Part shown: positions 11,559-23,726 of the stretch, piece after piece
Position numbering within the stretch: the first letter of the stretch is position 1
Layout: each line of letters begins with the position of its first letter
DNA from: Stylophora pistillata
Lineage: Eukaryota
Direction: 5' to 3'
NCBI RefSeq assembly: GCF_002571385.2
Contig: NW_019218190.1
Coordinates: 226,093-290,092, forward strand
Length of the DNA stretch: 64,000 nt
Program-made: the position numbers and the translations under genes
The notes under the pieces: model-generated
Database searches by the model: none
What the model was told of the DNA's origin: nothing
The model's input: only the letters and a program-made list of their open reading frames with translations

Positions 11559-13756
11559 TCAACTTATCCAAACACTTAAATCTAGCCTCTCAATCTGAAA
11601 AAAAAAATCGCTGGAAGAGCAAAAACCAAAAAATGACAGCTAACAACAAAAGTGCCTTTAAACATTAAATTTCTCAAGGGAACTCAGAATTCAATTTTTC
11701 CTTCATCTCTTGCTAGTGACCAGATGAAAAAACATCTTTTTTCAAGATAAAATTTGTTTTCATATGTACGGTTCTTCATTTGTTTCACTGTAAACCTTAA
11801 TATTATGGTATATGTAAACCAACGGAAAATGTCTCCTTGACTATAAACATGGGATTAAGAATTGTCCGTTCATTTACTAATCACTTTCTGGTAACTCAGT
11901 GGAGAGTATTTGGCATTGTATCAATACAAAAGCCAGTCTGGCTGATACAGTTATCTTTTCTTTTTTCCTATGTGCTAGATAATGTATTGGTTTTCAAGGG
12001 AGAAGTTATTACTTAATGATAAATTTGACATGCTGCATAATAATTCAAGCTAATGCTATTATAAGATAAGATGCTATTCCTCATACATCTAATTGTTTTT
12101 AGAAGTACAGCATTTTTTATAAAACTGTAGAAATTAATGAAATAGATTTCTTTTCCAACATTGGGGTCGTCAATGGAACAACGACCTGTTGTGGAGGTTT
12201 TTAGTAGCTAGGGAAAAAGCGACATTATTTACAGTTGCTGAAGAAAAAAAATGATTAGGTACACAAGCGAAAAGGCTGTGTTGTTGTATTACTATATGTA
12301 GTACAAAATTAAGATTGACTCTAGATTAGGATCTAGCAAAGAGTAATTTTTTCTTTGTAGAAGTTTGTCATATGTGACGTTTTCCAAGATGTCATTGTAT
12401 TTTAGGCAAACTCGGTTTGACTCTCGAGCATAGTTGTTCTCCACTATTGATTGTTGACTTAGTTAAACTAGACTAGGTAAATTACCTAAGCTAAAGTGAT
12501 AGGAATTATTTTTGCTGGTGTGATCAGTTCAGGTAGATTTATTCGTCAGTGTGTGACTCTGATTCCATAAGAAATCGTGTAAAGTATCGTTTGGATTTAT
12601 TACCATCCAATAAACTTGTGAAACTTCAAAATAAACTGAAGATCCATCTTCAAGTCAACTCGAAAAAGAATCAGCTTGCATTCACTCGAAAATATATCTG
12701 AGTATTATTTACAATAGCTGACCGTGGCTCCAGTTGTCACAACGCCATTATCAACTGTATTCACTGGAAGCTAAAAATATTGTTTGATTAGAAGTCAAGT
12801 CGTGTGGAAACATTCAGCCTGTTTATCGGTAAGGTAAATTTCTCATGATATCAGACTTCTCCTTCTCCATTAACCTTGAGTTCAAATATCGATTAGACAG
12901 CCATAGAAGATCGGTTCTCTTAATTATTTAAACTGTTAAAGACTCGTGTATTATAGGTATGTGGGTTTATAGTTTACAACTTCCCTTTTCTTTCTGGTAA
13001 ATACAGCGTGACATTATTCACACTAAACCGAAGTGATCTGCAGTCGTTCGACTCCCGTCTTCACAGGCTTAAAGGAAAATTATAGATATCTAATTTTGGT
13101 GTCATTGCACTTGATCGTTTGGTTTGGTGAAAAAGACCACGTCTTCTTCACGGGGTAGGTACTCTCTACCTGTTTCATAAGATTTTTTTAAGTTATAAAC
13201 TTGTAGTGCACCTTCCGAAAAATCAAAGACAAACAGGGTTCAGTGTTTCGACGCAAGTTTTGACATCATACATTTCAGATTTATTAGACACAATATGAGA
13301 TTTTGATGTATAAATTTCAAGGTTTTGCAAGGTTTTAGTGACTAGAATCAGTGACTCCACAGTCGTCTGTCATAAGCACAAGCGATAAATATAGGTCAGT
13401 CGAGCTTACGATTAGCCATTAGTCGTTAAGTGAAGAGGGTTTAGATAAACAGTTAGGCTGTTAACAGCTTTTTTTTTTTTTCTTAAATGTTTATAGGAAA
13501 AGGGATTGATTTTAAATTTTGAATATATAGTAGAAGCTTCGAATAGCAAGAGAGAGTGGCTATCAACCACGGATTACTGGAGTTTGACACTCTTATTCAA
13601 TGGAAACCGGACGTATCGTGAACGTTTCCTCTGATTTGCATCCAGCCGATGTGTTAAGTATTTCTCCGGAAAGCCGAAATTTAGAGACTTTACCACAAAT
13701 TAATAAAAATGATGTGTTGCTAACAACCTTTTCTTTAACATTACGATCATTTCATC

Positions 13757-13881
13757 TGTAATATATTGCTAGTGATATAAACCCACGAGGTCAAACAACA
13801 TGGCCGCTTCAACACAACTTTATTCCAGCAATGTATTCTGGTACATACACAGTAACCTTAGAGGGTACTTAATATATTACA
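13757..13881. mobile_element. 125-bp TG...CA insertion (solo-LTR/TRIM-like)
   Basis: Perfect 11-bp inverted ends TGTAATATATT/AATATATTACA and a 5-bp TSD TCATC. Absent in paralogous regions (~47410, ~51355). Confidence 0.75.
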
Positions 13882-14068
13882 TCATCCACATCATAGCTTG
13901 TTTCTTCACATCAATTCGGAAGAAATCATCCAACAGGATTTCACTGTTCTGCGTCTAAACATTTTCCCAAATTTTGCTACACCCATGGCTCATCTAAGTT
14001 TTGTTTACTGATTCGTTTAAAACCATCTTTATGTTTGACTTATCCTATTTCTGTCTTATGTTTCATAG

Positions 14069-14556
14069 CTTCAAGATTTAGCTGTTAGTCCAGGAATACG
14101 AGAACCACAACTGAATTCTGCTGAGTCAATCACAGAGGGACATCAACTAAATCTTTCTGCTACAGAACACAGTTGGCGTATAATACCAATTTTAGTCCTT
14201 TTCTTTCTGTTTTCAACACTGTTTGAGCCATTTTAATGCAAAAACAGCACGAACTGTTCTTGCTTAAGAAAAGGACGATCATGGATTTCCTGTGTGGTTT
14301 TTCTTGGTAATATTCTTTGCTTTATTCATAGCGAAAGAAGTTAGCGTGAGCGTGTATATCCATGAAAGGGAAATTATTCCTTCTTATATTGAGTTTTCAG
14401 CAGTAGCTGGGATTATAATTTTTTTGTTGACATGGTTATGATTTGAGTCTGTAAAGAAGAAGTCATTCTGTTTCATAATTTTGTGCAAATTAAGCAGCCT
14501 TCCATTTCTGTTTGCTATTGGTTGGTATTATGCTAAATCATAACTGGGGCCTAACT
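14069..14556 (+). pseudogene. Copy 4 (clade C), decayed partial exon B
   Basis: Acceptor ttcatag|CTTCAAGAT, then LQDLAVSPGIREPQLNSAE... with multiple indels. Truncated after the GIMLN..WG motif. Exon A lost at junction ~13930. Confidence 0.8.
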
Positions 14557-14579
14557 TGATATGGCCCTATTAGATTAAT

Positions 14580-15034
14580 ATATGAGATAGTAAATACATT
14601 TTTTCAAATTGAAAAAGCTACTTCTATGCGTTTCTGATTTATGTAGATGAAGAAGATGAGTCGATTTGTAATTCCGTCTTAATTGCCAATTGCCTGGGTT
14701 GAAAATCAGAGATAAAGCACAACAGTCTCATCATCAGCATCCTAACTATTGCCACTTGCAGCCTGAAACATAGAAATAATGCGCCGATCAATTCGAAGCT
14801 CCAACACACATCCACTAGGGCAACCCACGGGCTTTTGACTGTTGTTAGTACCTGAATCAGCGGAATACAGATCAAGGGAACAGTGCAAAAATTTTCGGGA
14901 TCAAGGGAACATGAGCTAAAAACATTTTTGTGAACAAGGGGTTTTATAAATGGGGAACAAGGGATAAAATCCAAAAAGATTAAGGGATCAAGGGAACATG
15001 TACCCCCCTCCCCCCCGCCTTCTGGGAGAGGCTC
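14580..15034. mobile_element. Probable non-autonomous DNA element between copies 4 and 5
   Basis: Unrelated to array paralogues, carries internal repeats GATCAAGGGAACA x3 and a C-rich end, and abuts the truncated ends of two pseudogenes. Confidence 0.4.
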
Positions 15035-17183
15035 ATCTTCTTGCATCCATACTGACGAGCAGCTTTATAACAGCTTAGCAAAGTCAGAAAACCGTTTTAA
15101 CATTCAGTCGGCTCTGTATCCAGCCTCCCCTGTCCGCGTGTTTGTTAATGTGTATGGTTCCAACAAAACAGAAAGCCCCATGGCAAAGTACACTTGGAGC
15201 TTATCTTGTGTGTATGTTGCTTTTCCGGCCCCCTCCTGGAAATTGCTTCGCTTGGATCTATCCATGTAACACCTAGGACTCAAAACTTAAGGTTGACGAT
15301 TCCACACTTCTGTTGCAATGTTTCCAGTAAAAGAGTTCTCGCTTCAGTAAGTGCAAATCGGTTCTTTCTTCTGGGAAGCCTACGAAAAGTACACTGATTA
15401 AACAGGTGTCACAAGGAAATTGTCTCGTGTTCATAAATAAACGAGCGGATTATGGGAAATAGAGCGTCATTCGCTCCGACGAAGGGCTAACGCTCGAAAC
15501 GTCAGCTTTTGTAATCGTTACGGTGGCCAATTTACCATTTCAACTTTGTTGATATATCCAAATTATTTCGTTACTCCCACCGACGCAGCCCCAAACAGTT
15601 TCTTTTGAAACTATCAGCCTTTCCTCAGAAATAGTCTCCAAACAAATTTCTGTTTTAATCGCTCCAAGACAAAATTAATAGAAATAATCCATTTCGGTAA
15701 ATTCTCGTCGATGAGACAAGCAAAGGCCGTGATCTGAGTTGTTTCCAACCATGACCGGCTGAAGGAATCGCGATGGGGATTTTTTAAAGGTTGAAGAGTT
15801 ACTATTTTTACAGATTTTAGCGATTATTTTGCCTTTAGAAATAAGTGTACCTTAATCTCTGCATCATTTTAGATTTGTAAAATTTTGATAAAGTTTGTAA
15901 TGTTGATGCCATGCAACTTCAATATCTGGCCAGATCACCAGAGATCCGGGATCTAACGTCAAACACAGTGGAATGTGTTACAGAGGGCAATGGGTCAAAC
16001 ATTGAAACCACAAAACTAAAGACAAGCTTCATATCACTTTACTATGGTCCTATTAGTTTTAGTTTAGCATTTTTACCTGCTCAAGTTATCTTGTTTGTGT
16101 ATTTTCGGGGAAAAAGTCAGTCAAATAAAACAGGGAGTCGACATTTGAATAACGGGAAAGAAAAAGGGCGAAAAAACTTGGTAAAAGCTCCTTTATTTCA
16201 AAACATGCGACAGCGTGTTTAAGTATCCCTTTCTGGGTTAATGTTGTTATGATTACATCTAAATTGGATAAATAGTATTTGGGATTTTCACTAGGATTTT
16301 CTGTCATGTTTTATAGTTATTGTGCGCTATTGCTCGTTTCTTTTACGAAATACAGTCCAGAGCCTCGTTCGGCCTCCTGGAGGTCTGTTGTCTGCGAAAA
16401 ATGGAAATACATTTTATTTTCATAAGTGCAGTCACCATAAGCTCCTGTTCGTTTTGGATGTTGATTGGCATATTCCTGAACCCGATACGGAGCTTGACTC
16501 TTACGCTCATAGTATGCTTTATTTTTGCCGCCTTCATTGCGCAGTCTACGTATATCTTACTTTATATAAGGGAAAGGAAGAGCTTAAATATCATTTCCTA
16601 TCGCGATCTTTCGGGTAGTTGTGTTCTTGGGTCTTCTAGCTGTTGTTCACCTAATGGTCACGGCAATATTTGTCGGAAGGTTGATCGATGGAAGAGGAAC
16701 TGAAGATCAAACGCTAAGGAGCACGCTGTTGACCATTATTGCTTCTTTGATCTCGTTGTTGTCACGGAGAGGCTCCTTACGCAGAGACGAAAACTCAACC
16801 TCCATTCAGTGACACATCCCCTACAACTGGCTCTTTGACCGAAACTGTTGCAGATGATGCAAGCATTATGCACCTAGTAGCTAATCTACTTATATCACCC
16901 CAAATCAGACGCCTGCTGCAGGTGACCCCTCAGAGCAAATTGTTGTTGTGGTCCACGATTCCCCTTCTAGAGGGACCTCACTTCATCACCTGACTTCAAC
17001 TAAGTCACCTCCTCTAGGTGACCTTTTGGAAGAGATTGTTGTTCACAAGCCTCCCTCTAGAGGCACCTCTCCTTATTACACCCCAAGTCAGACACCTATG
17101 TAATCCTTTGAACAGAAACAAAAAATCTGCTTCAGGCAGTGAGACTCCCTGAGCCTCTCTTACTTATGGAAAGTTCAGAGTAA
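15035..17183 (+). pseudogene. Copy 5 (clade A-like); remnant exons ~15035-15346 and ~15917-17183
   Basis: Exon A lacks the signal peptide region and has deletions. Acceptor is mutated (caa instead of cag). Frameshifts and stops in exon B, FWMLIGIFLNP motif retained, terminus MESSE*. Confidence 0.85.
15470..15510 (+). ncRNA. Minimal hammerhead ribozyme-like motif in an intronic repeat (~15430-15620)
   Basis: GCU-CCGACGA-A-GGGC-UAAC-GCUC-GAAAC-GUC-AGC: 3-bp stem I, 4-bp stem II, palindromic ACGU. Core CUGA reads CCGA. Confidence 0.55.
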
Positions 17184-19202
17184 GAATATATGAATTTCCG
17201 CACCAGACGAAAACTCATTTTATATACGATTTCTATGGTCAAGAACATAGAAATATTTAAAAACCTTCAGTATTCCTAAAACAATTTCTCGATAATTCTT
17301 AGATAATAGAGATATTTTAATTTGTATTGTTGGCGCATAACAACAATTCAGAATACCACAAAAAAAGCACAAACAAACAAAGAAAATATTAATTTCTTTC
17401 GAAGTTCGGCAAGTATGCTGAGCCGTAGCATGCATAAGCAGAAAAGCACTATTACAAATCTGGTACAGATTGTAGAGAACCATATGACAAAACAGCAAAG
17501 TAAAGGAATAATACTAAATTGCTTTTCACTGAAGGCAATGCGAGAATTTTAATCATTTTTAAATGAGTTTACAGTGTACCTTGTGCGATGGAAAACTCCA
17601 GAGTGGATGAGTTTAGAGTAACTCTCCCCATGAGGGTCTCACAGGATATGGCTTTTACGGCTAAAATTTAGAATTTGGGCCATTTTACGTCTGACGGTTA
17701 CTATCAATCCATTGTTATCCCGGAATTTTTTATGGTTAACTTTATTTACGGCTATCTGTTAAGATTTGACAATTATTCCCCCAACGGCTAAGACCCCAGT
17801 CTTAAATCTAATCATAGCCATACCACCGCAGGGGGGTTACTTCATAATTTCCGGTAGAAATATAGCCTGAATATATTTTGATACTGTAATATTTATTCAA
17901 ATATACTTTGAGTTGTCGCAACCGTCGAATACGGGAATTTTGCATCCTGCCTGTTCAGTTCTTTTGGAGATCAGTGAGAAGATCCTTTTTTACGGAAATC
18001 AAGTCTAATTCAACGAAAGGTATTGTCCGTCTTCATGTCATGTACATATTGTTATCTGTTAAGATCGAGAGTAAGCCTGGAGCTCAAACAGAGGCCGGCA
18101 ACATCAGTGACGGTTGGCAAGCTGTCTGTGCCTCCAAAGGTGCAGGCCATACGTAGGTTGAACTTGCAGTTGACTATGGCCACTTGTCTAAATTCCAGTA
18201 CGAGATACCTATTTCAATCACTTCTTCGTATTAAAAATCTCCCATAGAGATAAATAGTCAGGAGAAGTGGATGCATAATAACGAGCGTCTGTTGTCATTA
18301 GGACGAACGTCACGAGTGCGAATGAGGCTTCAGGGACAGTCTTTAGCTTGATTAGGTAGGTGGATTTAGGCAGGTTTAGTTTTGCGTCACTCTGTTAGTT
18401 CAGAATTCAGACACAACTATCTCTAAAGATAGAATTCAGTTGTAATTTTGTGTTGTACTTGGTGCAACATTGAAGCAAACAAAAGAATTAATTCAAACAC
18501 GCAATGTTGTTCATGCACTGCTGAGATCTACTTTTCAGCATACTTGATTTAACAGGGTCTAACTTAGAACGTCACTGCTTGGAATAGCGTCATAGAAAAT
18601 AAGAAAAAGGTAATAAATCCCTCCTGTTACATAAAGTTATCCCGACTGGACCAAGATTTTATTTTCTGATTAATGTCTCCAGTAGTAATCACTTCACTAC
18701 GAGTAATAAATAAGTGAGCCCCTAGGCGGCTGACATGTATCGGAAGATTGAACATGGAGGTCACAAGGCAAGGCTGAAATAAAAATAACGTGGCCGTAGA
18801 GAACAGAATCTTTGAGGACATTTGCAATACTTTGAGGACAATGTTTGAAGCGATAGCACTATCCTCGGGATAGCCCAATCCAAACGTTTACAAACAAAGA
18901 GCAAAATAAAAAGTCACATTTGATGAAAACTAACCCGTCCAGGTCGAACTAAATTTAAACATAAAAAACATAACAGATGTCACGAGTTTGTGTTACATAG
19001 ATTTATCTATGTATCCTTTTTCGGGCAAGTAAAAAATCAAGGAAAAAGTGATATTTGGGGCTCTGCGCGGAACTCTGGGAGTGAGGTGCATGAAAAGTAG
19101 GGACAGCTAATGGTCCATATATTCTATTAAAGGGCTAAATGTTGCCTTTTGCTTTCAGAAAATCATACAGAAAAGAAAAAGCATCAATAGAGGTACTTCA
19201 AC

Positions 19203-22150
19203 ATGTCCCCTCCGTTGTTCAGGGCTGTTACAGTTACTCTTATCCAACTGTTGCTGTTCTTTGATCAGAACGGTGTTGGAGCAAATTTCAGCGATAATTG
19301 TGACAATTCGACCAATTCCCTTTCATGCATCCATACCTATGAGCAGCTTTATAACAGCTTAGCAAAGTCAGACAACAGTTTTAACATCGAGTCAACCCTA
19401 TATCCAGCCAAGAGGCCTTCCTCTGTCCGTGTGTGTGTTAATCTTTATGGTCTCAACAAAACAAAAAACCCCATGGCAAAGTACACTTGGAGCTTATCCT
19501 GTCTGTATTTTGCTATTCCAGTATCTTTCCTAGAAATTTCGTCCCTCGGATCTATCCTTGTAACACCTAGGACTCAAAACTTAGACATGACGATTCCATA
19601 CTTTTGTTGCAATGTTTCAAAGAAGGAGGATAGAAGAAGGAAGACAATACGAGAAATGATTGAAAGGGTCATCGCTTCAGTAAGTGTAATTTTTCTTTCT
19701 TTTGGGAAACCTGAGCTCAAAATGATCAAGGAAGTATTTTAACTCTTGCAGGTTTCTGGGTAGGTAAAACTCCCTTAAAAAGTCTCAGTAATTTTTGTCA
19801 ATATTTCTCCGCGACGAGAGAAATAATCTGTTTGGGCGAATTCCCATCGATGAGTCTTCACAGCATAATAGTCAGCTCTGAGTGTAGACGAAATCCACAA
19901 ATCCGAAATTCGCACTTTTACTAGCGATTCGCGAAAGGCAAATGTACATAATTAACAATTGGTTCATGCTTTAGCGTGCACTATCGAGTTATGGAGCACG
20001 CGGGAAGTCTGGAGAGCACGAAAGAAGCGTAAGAGTTGCCCCGGCGAGGCGATAGCCGAGGGCAGCTCTAGCTTCTTGAGTGCTCTCCAAACTTCCCACG
20101 TGCTCCATAACTCGATAGTGCACAGCTGAAAGCATGAACCAATTGTTTTGGAACATAGCCGGTGGAATTGTGAATCAAATCCGACACGAAAAATGGACAA
20201 CAATATCAATTGAAGCGAATCGTGACGGCGCTGATGCCGAGTCTCCTTTTCCGTTGTTTTTCTCTTTTTCTGCCTCATTTAAGAACTCTGGCCCAAGGGA
20301 AAAGGTCGAAAAATCGTCTTCGTTTTAGTACTAGTAAGCCGAGTCTCTTTTTGTATCCATCATTGTCGCGAAATATATCATTTTTTCCCGAGCTAACAAT
20401 GGCCGCACGCGCAAAAAAAAAATTTCTGGCGAAGCGATTTGCTCACGCTATATCAGCATGCACTATCGGGATTTTGAGCACGCTTACGTATACTGAATTT
20501 GATTGCGCGGCCCTGCTAGCTATGTTCTAAAATGAGTTAAATATACAGAACATGAAAGCAAAACGAAATGCAAATAAAACAGGCAAAATGACGGACAAAT
20601 AACGAAACTTACAAGATTATGTGGCGACCACGACGACTAAAACAGAATGACGCCTGCGACAAGAAAACTACGGTAGAAGAAGCTATACCAAACAATAGGA
20701 ACAATACATAAAAAATGAACACGAAAATATGAAATGTAACGTGACAAAAATGACTGGCGAACCTAATGAAATAACAAATATACACGGAACAACTGAAAAC
20801 AGAAAACAATGTACAAAAGACATGAATGCAAACAAAGGTGAGGCGCCGTGACTACACTGCGACATATCCAACAATGACCGACGAAATTGTGCCGCGCCAT
20901 ACTTTGGAAGGAGACGAAATGAAGATCTGAGACTGGAGGCTTGGGGGCGCCTTACCCGTATATAGTTAAAGGGAATATCCTGAACTAGCCTGCCTTTTAA
21001 ACAATATATTTGTATCGTTTAAAAAGTTTCCGATGCTTGCGACGTCTACTTTTACCTTTTCCACTGTCTACATGTAATAAAAAATACTCATAATTTTATT
21101 TTTTTTCAGTTTTGATGAAGTTAATAACTGATTTATACCTTTTAGCTTCAAGATCTGGCCAGATCACCAGGGATACGGGATCCAACGTTAAACACAGCGG
21201 AGTGCGTTATCGAAGGCCACAGGTTAAACGTGGAAGCCACAGGACGCTGTCTGTACATCACTGTACTTCTTTACCTTCCGGTCATTATTACTGCATTTAC
21301 TTCCCGACCGTTCGTTCTCCTCCTTGAGGGTTTTCGAATTGAGTGTCTGTCAGAGAATCCAGAGAGTCGACCTTTAATTACAAGCAGCGAAAAAAGGCAA
21401 ATGTACAAGGCTGTCTTAGTTCTCAATTATGTGTTAGCGTGTTCCTCTATATTTTTCTTCATTTCACTTGCTGTATCGGTTACGTACAGTGAATTATTTG
21501 AAGAAATGAACCAGGGTCAGGGTTACACTTTCGCTGAAATCATTTTTCTTTTGATCCTTGTTGCCCATATTCCTGTATTTGCAATCTCATTTTCCTCAGT
21601 CCCAATTGTCTTTTCTAATTCTGGTTGGTATTCTTGGAATAATTTTAAATGTGTGGTCATCGAGTTCGTGTTCTATGCTACCGCAGTCTTTATAAGTTTC
21701 TGTTCATGTTGGATGTTAATCGGCATAATGCTTAACCCGACTTGGGGCTTAACCGTTGCACTCACGATATACACTACTTTTGCCGCCTTCACTTATACAG
21801 TCTACCTATACCTATCATTGAGAAGCGTTTGCGTAGAGAAAACATTTTTTATCCCCGTTGTCCTTGAGCCGTGTATAAGTGTTTTTCTGAGTTTTATTGG
21901 TATCATGACAATGGCCGTTTTAGCAGGTCAGTCGTTTAATGGAAGGGAAACCGCAGATAAAATCCTCACGACCATGATTTTGACCTTTCTCGTTTCCTTT
22001 ATCTTTCGTCTGAAGAGGCCCCTGCATATACACCCAGAATCACAAAACGCACAAACGCAGACTCTGTCCGTCAGTAGCACATCGATCTCCCCCCCAATTC
22101 AAACGGATCTTGCATGCATGTGGCTCTATGCTGGAAATTGTCATAGATGA
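19203..22150 (+). CDS. Orphan 7TM receptor-like protein, copy 6 (clade A); exons 19203-19679 and 21146-22150; 493 aa, tail frameshifted
   Basis: Donor TCA|gtaagt at 19679, acceptor ttttag|CTTCAAGAT at 21145/21146. The ancestral tail continues in the +1 frame to VESSV* at 22388. Confidence 0.8.
19954..20147. repeat. Palindromic (MITE-like) repeat within a ~1 kb intronic insertion (~19885-20900)
   Basis: Arms AACAATTGGTTCATGCTTT...CTATCGAGTTATGGAGCAC and GTGCTCCATAACTCGATAG...AAAGCATGAACCAATTGTT are reverse complements. The block is absent from the copy 1 intron. Confidence 0.8.
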
Positions 22151-22486
22151 TCCAAGGCAGCCTGCATCCAACGACCCATCTACTGATCATGTCTCAAGTC
22201 AAACAAGTATTGCAGGTGCCTCACTTGAGAAAATCGTTATTGGGGAACACGAGCCCCCTCTTAGAGGAACCTCCTCCTATGAAACCCTACGCCACACACC
22301 TCCTGCAGGTAATGTTTTGAAGAGAAATGACAGAGCTGGCTTACGAAGTAAAATTCAGCCTCCCTTTCAAGTAGAAAGCTCAGTGTAAGGGTTCTGACAT
22401 TTGAGTCAGTAGCTTAATGGAGCATAAGCTATCTTGTGGGACCTTGTTTGCTTCGGTCAAGCTCGGTCAAGTACGCTACATTTAGT

Positions 22487-22623
22487 TCTTATTAACCGAG
22501 CAGGAGGTCTGTATGGGGGAATCTTGTCCGAGTTCGCCAGTACAGACCGAACGCAGTGAGGTCTGTACCAGCGACCGAGGTCTACATTCTCCCATACAGA
22601 CCGACCTAGCTCGGTTAATAAGA
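22487..22623. mobile_element. MITE-like element (may extend to ~22805)
   Basis: Inverted repeats TCTTATTAACCGAGC / GCTCGGTTAATAAGA plus internal inverted GGTCTGTA/TACAGACC. Confidence 0.65.
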
Positions 22624-23726
22624 TGTTTATTATGTGGCTGTGTCTAGAAAGCAACGAAACATTATATTCTTTGTAACTTTTTTTTCTACACCGGTCTAGA
22701 TGCCGGTCCAGATGGGAAAATCTAGACTGCTTTCAATATTGATTTCAGCCAATCAAATTCGCGAATTCGGTAGTTCCCAGTCCTTGGGAGACAGCCGTAT
22801 AATAAATACATGTAATTAATACTTTAAAATCTCTCAATTACTCTTAGATGGTAGAGATATCTTTTAAAAACTTAGTGACAAACAGGGTAAAATTTCTTAA
22901 TGCTAGTTGACTGAGACAGAGGGCATTTTTGTTAATTTGGTCATTGCCCCGGGCAATATTATAGGAAAATATATTACTTGATGAGGGAATTCCGCGAAAA
23001 CTGATATCGCACGAATCGCAGAATTCACGAGCCAAGTAATGAATTTTCCTTAAATGGCATAATTGAATAAAAAAAGAAAAAACAGAAAATAGCATTACTT
23101 ATAGTTGTTATGTATACGTAAATGCGTAACAATGTCACTCAGCCTCGTTTTAAACTCGCAATTCCATGATAAATACCTCGCTTCGTTAACGAATCAGAAC
23201 GCAAGATTTCATTCAATGATGCAATTCTACTTAAAACTGAATGGATCTTAGGTTGCTTAGCAACAGAAAATTGTTTTGTTTCTGGTTGTTTCTGAAACTC
23301 TGGCGCTTCGTTTCGTAGCAGTTAACGCTGAATTTATCGAAGAATTGAGACAAAAACACCGAAAAAAGCAGAGACAATTAGGGAGAAGTTGTCCTGGAAT
23401 AGGCGAATGAAAAAAAGCCAAAAAAAACTCTCGAAGACCCTTGACAAACCCTTGAAATTTCAATCAGCTGATTCGTGGGTTGTACAGTTCATTGACGCTG
23501 GCTTAACTCTAAAATGGCTTCCTACGAAATTGTGTGTGTTATGAGTGATATAATCCTTGAAAATTTTACTCGGCCTCTGAATAAACTTTTAACAGCACTT
23601 CAAGCGTTTGTCCTCAAGTTTGTAAGAAATATGTCGAGACCAGGACAAGCATGCATGAGTAGAAAGGCACAGATAGCAATTGGATACATTTTGAAGATAA
23701 GAATTAAAGAACATATACATTTTTTA

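Noticed and set aside
19964-20874. Cluster of short ORFs in the copy 6 intron, and other 60-130 aa ORFs in spacers
   Set aside because: They fall within repeats or antisense to real exons and show no recognisable motifs or conservation among paralogous blocks.
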